Assembly: GCA_015680685.1 (NCBI GenBank)
Contig: MNCI01002379.1
Location: 1 to 64,000, forward strand
DNA length: 64,000 nt
Direction of reading: 5' to 3'
Origin: Gnetum montanum
Taxonomy: Eukaryota; Plantae; Gnetophyta
A model generated the notes under the pieces. The model had not been told where the DNA came from. It worked only from the letters and a program-made list of their open reading frames with translations, and ran no database searches. The translations under genes were made by a program, and so were the position numbers. Shown piece after piece: positions 27,029 through 39,030 of this stretch; positions within the stretch are counted from its first letter, which is position 1; every line of letters starts with the position of its first letter.

Positions 27029-29424
27029 ATGGCACCTAAGTAGGGGGGGTGGGGGAATAGCTAGAATCCAAGAATTTAAAAGGTAGATGAGCATGCAAGG
27101 GACCTATCAAGACTATCCAAACCCATTTCAATTAAGACTTCCTCTATCACTAATTGAAGGTAGGTAGTTCTAACAATTTTTGCTTTGGTTTTTAGCCATT
27201 TTTTTAAATTTTTTTACCATGTGTGGGGCCATTTTCTTCAGATCTACACTAATAGAATGTGTAGAAAAAATTTTGATGAAATCCCACCTCTTATTTTTGT
27301 TTTTTCTATGTAAATATATGTTCATTTTGTTATTTTGGCTTTGGTAGGTTTGATTCTTAAAATTAGGCTTGTTGTTTTCATGCTTTTTCCATAAATTTGG
27401 GGATAGGGCCATTTTTCTCAAATCTAGGCTTAACTCTTCATCAAAATTTAATTCTAAAAAAATCCTACCCCCTTATTTTGATGTTTTTTCAAATTTTTAT
27501 TGATTTTTTTTCTATTTTGGCTATTTTTTATGGCTATGTTATGTTGGGCTTTATGAAATTTTAGCTTTTTGGTGATTTTTATGTGAAAAAAAGTAAGCAA
27601 AGTTTAGCATTTTTTTATATGAAAACTACCAATATTTTTAAAATATGATATTATGAGTTTTTAGCTATCTATTTCAGCTTTCCAATGGCTATTTTCTCAT
27701 TCATTTAGGGTTAATAACGACAAAGTTATGGTTGTTTTTGTGAGGTCATGCAGTTAGGTTTTTCATGCCATTTTTTGAAATTCCATATATATTCATGAAT
27801 TATTTCTAAGAAAAATACATGGGTTTTGGATTATTTTTTGTTATTTCTAGGTGGATCCTAGCTTCAAATTTCCAATGGAGGTGGAACCACTTCATTTGGA
27901 TTTGAAATGAATTTGCAATGAATTTTTTATTAGACTTGTGTCAAAAGGGTATTTGTGCCATTTTCAGATTTTTATCCAAATTAATGATTTCTTTTTGAAT
28001 AAACGGTAAGGGTTATAAATATTTTTTACATTTAGGTACCTAGGGCTCTATTCAAACGTTCAAATGGTGGTAATTATATTTTATGAAAATTATGGTTATT
28101 TATTTCTAGTTGTAATGAATATGGCTGCAAGGTTCATGATTTTATGACTCCTTCCATGGTTAAATAATGGAAATTAGAGCCCAAATGAATTTTTAATGAA
28201 TTTTTGGTTACAGCTATGTCAATAAGGCTAAATTTTGGCTATAGCACTTTACCCCTTTGGAGATGGATGTGACTAACATGTGTAGAGATTTCTATTGTCA
28301 ATCTCCATACCTTTAGGGATGTTTTGAAATGTTTATCATGCTCTAAATTTGTTTTTGAATGTTACAAGTAATTTTTTCTATTTTTGGTATTGTTTATGCT
28401 AATGGCTATTTTCTAGTTTCTAAATTTGGTTGTGTCACTTGATATGTTATTTAGGCTATAATGTTTTTTTCTAATGTATGAGGCTATAAAAATTTGAATA
28501 AAGATCTTAGAGGTTTCTATAGAAGCTAATTTCACCCCTAACTAGCATGTTTTTACAAACTTGTTAAGGAATTTCAATCGATCCTAATATTTTTGCTTTG
28601 CCATGTGGGGTCTTTCTAAAGTCCACACTCATCATTGTGGAGTTAGTGGGCATCCTATGCTACATTGGCCAACCCAAGTCCAATTCCCCTCTTCCTGATA
28701 TGACCTTGGACAAGGTCTCACTATGGTTCTAGCTATGGACAAGGGAATTCCTTGCTTACATCCTTTAGAACTTCAATGTGATGCTATGGTCACACTTTTT
28801 TGTGGATGTGATCAGGATCATAGTGGAGGCACTATTAACTTAGGCATCTATCTTGATTGCTAAGTTTATTACTAACAACCCACCTACTCAGATAGTAGGG
28901 GGAATTACAGATGTGATCAATCCATGCTACCTCACAAAGATCTAGACTATGCCAAAGTATAGTTAGTATAATGCTAACAATACTCTGATGATGGCTCACA
29001 AAGCCCACACATTATTCTAGAATCTACCTAGCACCATGTATTGTCTATAGGAGTAAGCATGATCATTTTAGTATTTTTATGATTTTATGGCATTATTGGC
29101 TAAACTACCTTTCCTAACTTCATCTTTTTTGTGAACTTCTTACAAGTATAGGGTCAGTGATCAAGGCTTAACTAACAATTAGACCTTTGTGGTGGCTTAA
29201 ACCATCCTAAATGAATTCAAAAAGGGCCCCCAAATCAACACTATTGTGTATGAACATAATAAAAGGATACTTTAATAAATACTCTAGTAGATTCAAACTT
29301 GTCTACAAGAACTATATGGATGAGAGGATAATACACAACTAGTGCATGGGTTCCAAGAGCTCCTTGGATCAGACCCTAGTAGCTATTACCTCTACTCAAA
29401 CCACATTGAAGAAGAAGAAGAAAG
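27029..29424 (+). pseudogene. Antisense accessory gene of the Tat element, copy B, exons 1-3
   Basis: gccATGG at 27029 (MAPK...). Donor aag|gtaggt at 27160, then a T-rich intron. Exon 2 ~28607-29052. Donor gtaagc at 29053, branch ctaac at 29114, acceptor ~29146-29151. Exon 3 ends at aaag|gtaaac (29425). Confidence 0.65.
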
Positions 29425-29451
29425 GTAAACATAAAGGCTATAACTTCTAAT

Positions 29452-29662
29452 NNNNNNNNNNNNNNNNNNNNNNNNNNNNNNNNNNNNNNNNNNNNNNNNN
29501 NNNNNNNNNNNNNNNNNNNNNNNNNNNNNNNNNNNNNNNNNNNNNNNNNNNNNNNNNNNNNNNNNNNNNNNNNNNNNNNNNNNNNNNNNNNNNNNNNNNN
29601 NNNNNNNNNNNNNNNNNNNNNNNNNNNNNNNNNNNNNNNNNNNNNNNNNNNNNNNNNNNNNN
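29452..29662. other. Assembly gap (N run)
   Basis: Run of N. Confidence 0.99.
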
Positions 29663-30320
29663 GGGGGGAGTGTTAATATCACATATTTTATACTTTTGTG
29701 GCTAAAAAATGCCTCATAAGTGGTCAAAGGCTTACTCTCCAAGTGAGAAAAACTTACCTAGTATCTATATTTGGGTTTGGGGTGTCAAAAATGCCTTTTT
29801 AGATGCTAAAAATGGTAATTTAATGGGTTTTATGGGGGGTATATACTTTTCTACCATGAAAACACATGTAGGGAGAAAATTGCACCTGCCCCTAGCATGG
29901 AGAGGTAGATCTCAATGGGGAGAAATGGGGAGAGACATTATGCCTAGCATGGAGGAGTTTGGTCTTCCTTCCCAGCATGGAAACCTTTATCCTCAACATG
30001 GAGGCTTCTTGCACCAATGTTGAAAATTCTCTCTCATAGCATGGAAGCTACATGAGTAAGATTTTTGCACTCTAATAACCTCAATGTTGATTAACCACTT
30101 TAGCAACGATGGTAGAAGGCTTGGCATGGAAGATCTACCTCTAGTGTAGAAGTTATGCCATTGTTACTATTTATAATAAATGGAATGACCATTGTGGCGA
30201 TACATTTATTGTATATGGTAACCCCCCAAATTTAGGCACCCATCTCACCTATAAAAGGTAGAAATTTATAGCCAATTTGTTAGCCAATTTCTAGCAAAAA
30301 TCATAGCCTAAAACCTAGAT
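29663..30320 (+). repeat. Tat-family LTR fragment in + orientation
   Basis: Reverse complement of ~19330-19990 and ~43900-44550 (e.g. gcctcataagtggtcaaag, ccccaaatttaggcacccatctcaccta). Confidence 0.8.
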
Positions 30321-30615
30321 CAATTCAAGTCGCAATCGATCATTCATGTTACCTCCCAGAGTTTCCAGGGTCAAGGGCTATGGATCCATGTCAAAATTTA
30401 GTAGTTTTGGGCATCCCTAAGTGGCTTATTGGCTTCCCCCATTTTTCCATGCTAGGGATGGAGAGAGCAACATGCAAAACTAAGGGAAACCACTTTTTGG
30501 CCATCTAGGATTAGTCTCATGAAGTTTAAGGGTTCTAATGGTTTTTCCTAGGATTTTAGAGTGGATAGAAGGTCATTTAATATCATTTTGAGGTATTTCG
30601 GAGACCCAAAAAAGT

Positions 30616-30655
<40 letters not shown>

Positions 30656-33175
30656 CCCNCACTAGGAATATTATCCTTAGCATGGAAAAAGAGGTCTCTA
30701 GCATGGAAAAATCATGCATCTTAGATCTAGGCCAATTTTGACCTTGATCTACTATACATGTTAATCTTCAAGGCTACTAGGGTCAAGGATTAGGGTTTCA
30801 TGTCAAATTTTGACAATTTTGGAAATTTATAAGCATTTTTTGGGCTTCCCACTTTTTTCCACACTAGGATTGGGATGCTTTGTGTGAAAAACTAGGGGGA
30901 TCATGTTTTGACCTTTTGATATCAATATCTTAAAGTTTGAAGACTCCAAACGATGTTGGCAAGGTCCTAGAGCATATGTAAGCTCAGTTAATGTTGTTAT
31001 AAGGTAGTTATGGATCCTAAATGGGTCTCCCCTTTAATTTCCATGTTCATAAGCATGGAAGTGGAGATTCCTAACATGGATACACCATAAAACTTAGATC
31101 TATCCTAGTTTTAACTTCAATCAACCATGCAAGTCAACCTTGAGTACTATTAGACTCAAAGACTAGGGTTTGGTGTAAAAACTTGTCAGTTTATTGGTTT
31201 TCCAAGTAGTTTTTCAACTAAGGATAGCATTCAAAGCATGGAAAAATGGGTGGAAATATATGTTTATCTTTTTGTATCATTTTGGTCATGCATGTAGGTC
31301 CCTAAGGTTGTTAATGATGATGGTAAATGCCCGGTGTTAACAGTTTGCTATTTTGAAGGTTGATGAGTGGTTCTTGATATCCCCCCCTTTTTCCATGCTA
31401 GGGCTTCCATGCTTAGCATGAAAAATTTGGGGAAAAGCATTTTGGCACTTTGTGATCACTTTCGGTGATTCTTGCAGGCTTCTAAGATTTCTGGCATTGA
31501 TTGCTAATACTTGATGTTAAATTTGGTTTTTTTAAGGTTCATTAGATAATGTTTTTGACTTCCCACCTTTTTCCACACTAATTCTTCCATGCTCAACATG
31601 GAAAATTTTTGGAAAAGCTTCTTAACCATTTGTGGTCACTTTCAATCATGCATGTAGGATTCTAAGGTTGCTAGTGTTGCCTACTAATATTTGATGTTGA
31701 GATGCCATTTTCTCAAGGGTCATTACAAAATTTTTTAGCTTTTCACATTTTTTTCATATAGGGGCTTTCATGCTTAGAGTGGAAAATTAAGGGGAAGGGC
31801 TTTTTATCTTTTTATGATTAGTCTAGCTATGCATGAGTGTCTGTAGGGTTACTGTCATTGGCCATCAATGCCTAAGGTTAAGATCTAGTCATTTGAAGGT
31901 TGTGAGGGGGTTTTTAGGCTTTCTCCATTTCATCCATGTTGAGGGTGGAAGGCTCAACATGGAAGAGATCTCCCTTAGTGAGGAAAGTAAAATCTAGGCT
32001 AAATCAACAATCGATCGACCATGCATGTCAACCTTTGGGGTTGTCAGTGTTAACAATTGATGTTGGTTGTTAAGATTCGATAGTTTGAATGCTTTTATGT
32101 ACTTCATGAAATCTACCCCCTTTCTTCCATGATGGTCATGGTGGCCTCAACATGGATTAAATGGAAATGATATTTTTGTACCATATTTAACTAATTTTTG
32201 GGCTTTTAAAATCTCTAGAGGGTTCCAGTAGGGTCTAGGGGTCACCAAGCATCAAGAAATGGTCATTAGGTCATCAATTTAGGTCATTTTTGGCTTCCCC
32301 CATCTATCCACACTAAGGTGAGATTCTTAGATGGAAGAAGCTTTCCCCAACATGGAAAACACCAAATCCTATATTTCAACCTATTTTAACCAAATTGAAC
32401 TAGGTTTAGTGGGGTTCTAAGGCTGCCAGAGATGCTTGGAAGGGTTCTAGATCATGTGGGGGCCATTTTGGGGTTAAAATTGTGCTATATGGGTGTTTTG
32501 GGGTAAAAATGGTTGTTACCCTCATTCTTCCATGATGGGCACTACTACCTCAGTGCGGAAACCCATGTTGTCTAGCTTTGTTCATGTTGTATCTAGTTTT
32601 GAGAACCTAGGGTTGAAAACGGTAGATTTTGGTTATCAAAAATAGAAAAATATTTATAATTCCAATGATTTTCTAAAATAATAGGTATGTTTCCATGCTA
32701 GCCATGGTATTCACAACATAGATGCATGGGGTTAAAGTTTCCATAAGGTTTTAAGAGTCAAAATTGGCAAAAATCTTAGCGTTGATGCAAGTTTTGGTTA
32801 AGAATGAAGGTGTAGGGTGGGGCCCATAATCCAAAAATTTAAAATTTAAAAAGTGAAGCCCTTTACCATCCAAGATCAATGTGAACTAGACTTTCCCCCC
32901 TTTCACTTTAGTGCACTTGTAGTTATGGTGCACTAAATTGGTAGTTGGGGTTTTAAAGTGTGTATTTAGGTTTAGATGAGTTTTCTATGTCAAATTCTGC
33001 AAGTGTTAATCACAACTATCATTCTACATCAACAAAGCATTGGAGGAGAGCTCTAGTAGAGGTCCTTGTGGTAGCAACAACCAAATATTAGCATGGAAGC
33101 CTTCCATCTTCCTCACAGCTAGCTTTGATCTCTCATCCTTCTCAGTTTCTAGCCATTCTCAACATTGAGCCTACC

Positions 33176-36100
33176 ATGGCACCAAAGAAATGAGCAGAAA
33201 AGAGCCAAAACCTAGTGATTCAAAAGGTGAATGAACATGCTTAGGAGTTAGAATAGGTACCTAGGCCCATCTCCATCCAGGCTTCTTCTTTTGTTGCTCC
33301 AAGGTAGCCATTTCTACCTATTTTTGCCTTTTTTCTATGGTTTTTCAAGTTTTGTTTTCCATGTGTTAGGGCCCATTTTTTCTAGATCTAATTTGGTGTA
33401 GGGATTACAATGGAATTTTGATGAAATCCCACCTCCTATTTTGGTCCTTTCCACATGTATCCATGGTTTTTTTTTGTTGTTTAAGCTTTTGTAGATTTGA
33501 TTTTGAAAATAGGGCCTACTATTTCATGCTTTTTTCCTAAAATTTTGGGGTATGGCCATTTTTTCAAATCTAGGCATAAAGATTTGTTAAAATTTAGTTA
33601 TAAAAAAAATTATACCTCATTATTTCAGTGTGAATTTTAATGGGTTTCAATGGTTTTATTTATTTCAAATGTTTCAATGGCTAAATGAAATCTAGGTTTT
33701 GAGATTTTTGAAGTTTTAGCATGAAAAAGTAAGTAATTTTGTGTATTTTTTTTCTTGGTATAATAGTTGCACATTTGTAAAATTAAAGGTTATCAGTTTG
33801 TAGCCCTTCATTTAAGCTTTTTGATGGTTATTATCTCATTTAATTTGACCTTGAAACACAGAATTTATGGTTGTTTTCCTAATGTTGCGCAATTAGATTA
33901 TTTGTGCCATTTTTGTAATTTCATGTAGTTTTGTGAATTTCTTATAAGGAAACAACAAAGGCTTTAGCCATTTTCTAGTTATGGCTAAATAGGCTTTGGT
34001 TTCAGCTTTTCAATAGAGTATAATCACTTGGATTATACTTAAAATGAATTTTCTATGAACTTTTTACTAAGCATGTGTAATAAGGATGTTTGTGCCATTT
34101 TCGAATTATTGTCCAAATTGACGAATTCTTCTTGCATAAAAAAAATGGTTTTAAATTTTTTCTAAGCATGGCTATGTAGGGATTTGTTTAATATTTCAAA
34201 TGGTGATGGAATCACTCCATTTGAAGCTCAAACAAAAATTTTATGAACTTTTTTGCTATGGCTATATGAACAAGGCAAAATCATGGTTGTAGTACATTAA
34301 CAATTTCAAAGTAGAAGTGGTTGATATGTACAACTTATGTTTTTCTTTCGTGAACACATAAAACTAATGCTTAGTTTTGCTTTTTTAATAAGATTAAAAT
34401 CCTTTTCTATTTTAAATAAGCTTTTACTATGGCTACATGGCTTTTTCTATGTTTATTATGCTTTTTCTTAATTTGTGCATAGCTTAGATGATTTTTTTAT
34501 ATTTACGCATGCTTTGCATAATTTATATTTTTTTCTAAACTTATGGTTACTTTGTCCAAATTTATGCATAATTTAGATGATTTTTTTAAAATTTATGCAT
34601 AATTTAGATGAAGACATAGTTTTGGGTTATGAAATTTTGGCTATAAGGATTATAAAATATGGTAATAATGCTTTTATGGAATTTCTTAAGCTAATTTAGA
34701 TAAGCATCTAAGAGCTTTTTACAAAGGCTAATTTCACCTCTAACTTAGGAATTCTTTTCTAAATTTGTTAACAAATTCCATTGGTCATGATGTAAGGTTA
34801 TGCAAGCTTGTAATAAAGTCTTCTTGTGGTATTACTTAGACTACTTTAGTTAAACACCTTAGAGCTTTTTACAGAGGCTAGTTTCACCTTCGACTAGAAT
34901 TTTTGTCAAAATTTACTAAGTGACTCTAATAGGTCATACTATTTTTGCTCTAAAATGTTGTAATAGCATGGATCAGACCCTTGTAGCTGGGACCTCCACA
35001 CCGCAGAAGAAAAGGAAAGGTAAACATAAAAGCTATAACTTCTATTGTTTGTATGGCTATAACTTTAAGTGTTCTAATACTTTTCTTAATCATTGAAATT
35101 GTCCATATTGATGTTAAAATTTGGTTATTACTTTGCAAGACCTTCCACCTTAGTTGATGTCACTATACCACTTTTAGGTTTGTGTTATGAGGATACCCTC
35201 ATCCTAAAGTTTAGTGAAGTTACATAGACATAGGAGTGGCTAAAGGGATAGGAACCTAGATACATTCAAGCAAACATCCAATGTGCATGTTTGCTTGATG
35301 TATTCATGGCACCTATCCCTTCCATTCCTACTATATAGATGCTACATGTTATTGACTCCTTCGATGAGAAGGTTGGTTGTTTTAGCATCATCATCTAAGG
35401 TGTGAAGGTGAACATGGATGTAGGTGCATTGGCCTCTTTTGTGACTTGTTTGGTGTCCGTGCTGATGGGGAAAAGATTCCAACTAGGATGATAATGGAAT
35501 CAGGCCATCATGATGAAGTTCTAGAGTGGATTGATGCCAATATGGACAACTCTAGAATTTCAATGGATAGCTTCATAAACCTTGATGCAAATGAATTGTA
35601 TCCTTTGTTTAGGTCTCATGCATTTCCAAAACTCACAAAAGAAGGTAATTGACCTAGAATAGGAGTGGACCTTTAAGAAGGTCATAATGGAGGACATCAA
35701 ATTTCACTAGATGGCTACTTTGGCTATTGGGCTTCGAGATGAGATCTTTAGACTTCGTGTTGAGACATCTATGATAATCCATACGTACTTTGCATTTTTT
35801 CTAGGTTATCTGAAGAGTTTTGCAAGGGTTCTAGTGGTCTATAGGAATGGATAATGGGTTTCTAAAGATCCAAGCCACCTTTCTAGGCCTTGGATAAAGC
35901 ACATTTATCCAATAGTGCAAGCCCAAAACCCATTAGAAGGGATGGATGATACATTATCCATTACTACTAAGAATCTTGATGTTAGGCAATATGAGTCTCC
36001 TAATAGTACTAATGATGATGAGCCCCTCTTGTTTCCTACCAACATCCAAGATGCCAGACAATGGCACATGGAGGCCAAAGGGATAGCTAGGGAGGAACTC

Positions 36101-37773
36101 AGGAGGCCTATGGAGGAGGCACCCCTAGCATTAGATTAGCCTACCCCAAAGAACCTTAAGTTTAAGCTTAAGCCATCATAATAAGTAGTTGTAGTTATGC
36201 TTTATTTAAATTTGGCTATTTCATGTTTTTAAAATTTTATGACTACTTTATGGTTTCATGTGTTAATCAATTTTCTATGTGCTATGGTTGTAGATAAGCA
36301 TTAGGTTATAGTAGCCCAAGCTACCATAGAGGTAGAACAAAGGCATGTAAAAGAACCATTCCTAAAGCAACCTATGGTTGAAGGACTTACCAATGTAGGT
36401 ATAGATGATCTAGATGCCTTGTTTGGTAAGGCAGTACTAGGTACCTCTCCCATCATCATCCTAGAGGAGGAAGAGGAGGAGGAGTCAGGTATGCCTATGC
36501 CTTAACATTTTTTTTATATCTCATTGGTTATATTTGGCTATCATCCTAACCTTTCGATGATTGTTATGCTTACAATAGTTCCTGAGCCACCAACAAAATC
36601 TCTTGTTCCTAGGTTTCATGTGAAACCATGGGTAGAGACTCTAGACAAAGTGGAGTTCCTACATGAAAAGGCTAAGGACATCATCGATCAATTACATTAG
36701 GTCATGCCTAATATAGGTAAGGATTTTATTTTATGTGCTTTAGTGGTGGGCTTTGATTGCATTATGGCTATCTTAAGTTGTGTTTTATGGCTGCATTTTA
36801 TGCTTGTGTAGTGCCTTTCATAGAGTGGGAACCCAGCAAAGACATGGAGGTAGACTCCTTACCTAAGCTTCCCTCTGATGTGTCTAGTATACCCATGAAG
36901 TTATATGAGACTATTGCTGATTTAGCAATGTCATGTGTAAAAAGTTCATGGGTGCTAGAGAGGTCCAACAAATCCCTATGGGAGGAAGTTTTGACCTTAG
37001 GGGAAAAGACTCAAAGACAAGAGGATATGATTAGAGATCTCTAAGATTATTAGGCCTTTTTGAAAGCCCAGGTGGGCCCACTACTAGCATGTTATTCAAG
37101 ACAAAGTAGCAATCCTACAAGAGATGGTGGAACAATGTATGTAGATGAACCTTATCTCCCAAAAGGTTGACTATAAGGATCATTGTGCTTGGTCCTTAGG
37201 GTGGGGAAAGATACAAAAGGCCCACAAGTGATAATATAAGGTTAATCGTAGGGCCTACCTAAAGTGGCTCAAGGAGGATTCAATTGAATAATGCAAGAGA
37301 GAGTTATTCATTAAGGGGATCTAGGAAAAGAGTTATTATCAACTTTCTAAAAGTACTCTCAAGGTGAAGCAATCCCCTACTTTTTAGATTACCACTACTG
37401 TAGGTGAGACCTCTAGAGTTGCTGCTACCAATGAGTCTCCTACTTGGACTCCTATAGATAAGGCCAGTATTCTTTTTGGCATTGATCTTGGTCATGTTGA
37501 CTAGGTCAACATGATGGAGGACCAAATCCTTCATCATTTGGAGGAAGGCCTTCCCCATCTACCCTTGGAAGTAATGGAGAAAGAATATCCATAGGTTTGA
37601 TATATTTTATGTTTTAGTCTTTGTTTTAGTCATGTTTTAAGTCACAAGAATATCCATAGCTATATGTTGTTGCATTTTAGGCCTCAAGAGATAGTGGTGG
37701 CCCCAATGGTGATGGTGGGAATGACCCACAACTTCCTCCTCCAAATTTCATTCAAAAACCTCCTTTAGTTTGA
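33176..37773 (+). pseudogene. Multi-exon antisense accessory gene (putative plant transposon protein, Transposase_32/PMD-like, with acidic tract and coiled coil), copy A
   Basis: accATGG at 33176 (MAPKK*AEK). Donors at 33304, 35020, ~36181 (decayed ataagt), 36489, 36717 and 37595. Acceptors (AG ends) at 35177, 36293, 36578, 36811 and 37680. Stop TGA at 37771-37773. Junctions keep frame. Includes ORF-track pieces 35446, 35915 and 36757. Confidence 0.75.
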
Positions 37774-38639
37774 CTTGTTGACTATTTTTATTTATATTGA
37801 TGGCTATGGTTAGTACAGATTATGTTATGGATGGTTATTATTTTTTGACATTCTTGGTACACATTGTGGCCATGGCTATGTATGTTATGAACATCTTAAC
37901 TTTAAATTTAAATTTTGATTTTTTTTTATATATGTGTTTATAGTAGTAGTGAAGATTGTAAATATTGTAGAAATTCAAAATGGCTATGTTTGCATTTTTT
38001 GTTAAAACATTTAATGGCTAATTAACAAAAAGAAGTGTCATAATAAGCAAGATATTTACTAGTTAGACCATCATGGGCATAGGTTATATTTTACAATTGT
38101 AGCTATGTTTCCAATTTAAGGTCATGGTGGGCCATAATGCTAGCTTAACATCTTAGTGGACGTGGTCTAGAAGAGATGTTATTTCAATGTTTAAAAAATA
38201 AAGAAAGGTTGTAGAAAATAGATAAAAATCCAAACAAACTTAGGCTACATGCATAGGCTATGTGCACAAAGTGTAAAAAAATAATTGCATAAAATATATA
38301 TAATAAACTATAAATGAAAAGTAAGGCTATATGGATATTGGTGCATTTGGTCATTGAGGCATGGGAAAGCTAAGGTAAACTTCACTCATGCAGATTATTC
38401 CTAGTCTTTGGAAGATTAGGGAATGAGTAAGGCCTACTCTATACAAGCTTGTATTCACCATACCCTTCGCTTACAATGTTAAAAGGGAGTTCATCCCATA
38501 ATGTATCACATTACTTATCATTATCATTGTTGGCTATCTTGGGTTTTTCCTCTTCATCACTAGGAGCTTCTTCTCAAAGCTCCACTTTGGATCCTTGTTC
38601 TATGTCTACATTGCTCATAGCTAGGGGAACGATGTTATC

Positions 38640-39030
38640 ACCATGAATGATGATTTCACCTGCCTTGTAAGGAAGGTGAATTTCTTGATGGATGGATAAG
38701 GACACAGCTTGTAACTAAGCCAACCAAGGTCTTCCTAGGATCAAGTTGAATCCTAGTGTCTCTTTCATCACTAAGAAATTGGTGGTTATAGGGAATTATT
38801 CTCCAACTACAAAATCCAAGGAGATAGAGCCCTTGACGACAACTCTTACTCCATTGAAGGACTTAAGAGCTTTGGTGGCTGTAGGTTATACTTGCTTAGT
38901 TAAGCCCAAGTGTTTAATGATGGTGCATGGGATGATGTTGGTTGCAGCTCCATCATCAACATGCACCTAATGTATTTTAAATTATCCTATGCATATGGTT
39001 ATGAATAAAGGGGCTATAGTTACTTCATCA
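38640..39030 (-). pseudogene. pol: Aspartic protease (Tat/Ogre type)
   Basis: Minus strand PLFITICIG...VHVDDGAATNIIP (~38930-38970)...FNLILGRPWL. Confidence 0.85.

Larger units (their letters stand above)
18640..29451 (-). mobile_element. Tat/Ogre gypsy copy B: 3' LTR, integrase, RT N-terminus, motif-rich spacer and 5' part of the antisense gene (ends at an assembly gap)
   Basis: LTR and PPT, integrase and RT motifs, and 23-29.4 kb homologous to 30.3-35 kb. Confidence 0.8.

Noticed and set aside
29392-29742. ORF spanning X residues
   Set aside because: Artefact of the N gap.
30617-30660. 38-nt poly-C tract (possible G-quadruplex or i-motif)
   Set aside because: It is adjacent to an N, and the paralogous site (~24651) has only a short C run, so it is likely a sequencing or assembly artefact.
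33176-37773. Interpretation as a host nuclear gene or as an additional archaeal-type RNase H
   Set aside because: It is present in two TE copies at the same relative position and decayed like the TE. No RNase H catalytic motifs were visible, although an HMM check is still needed.
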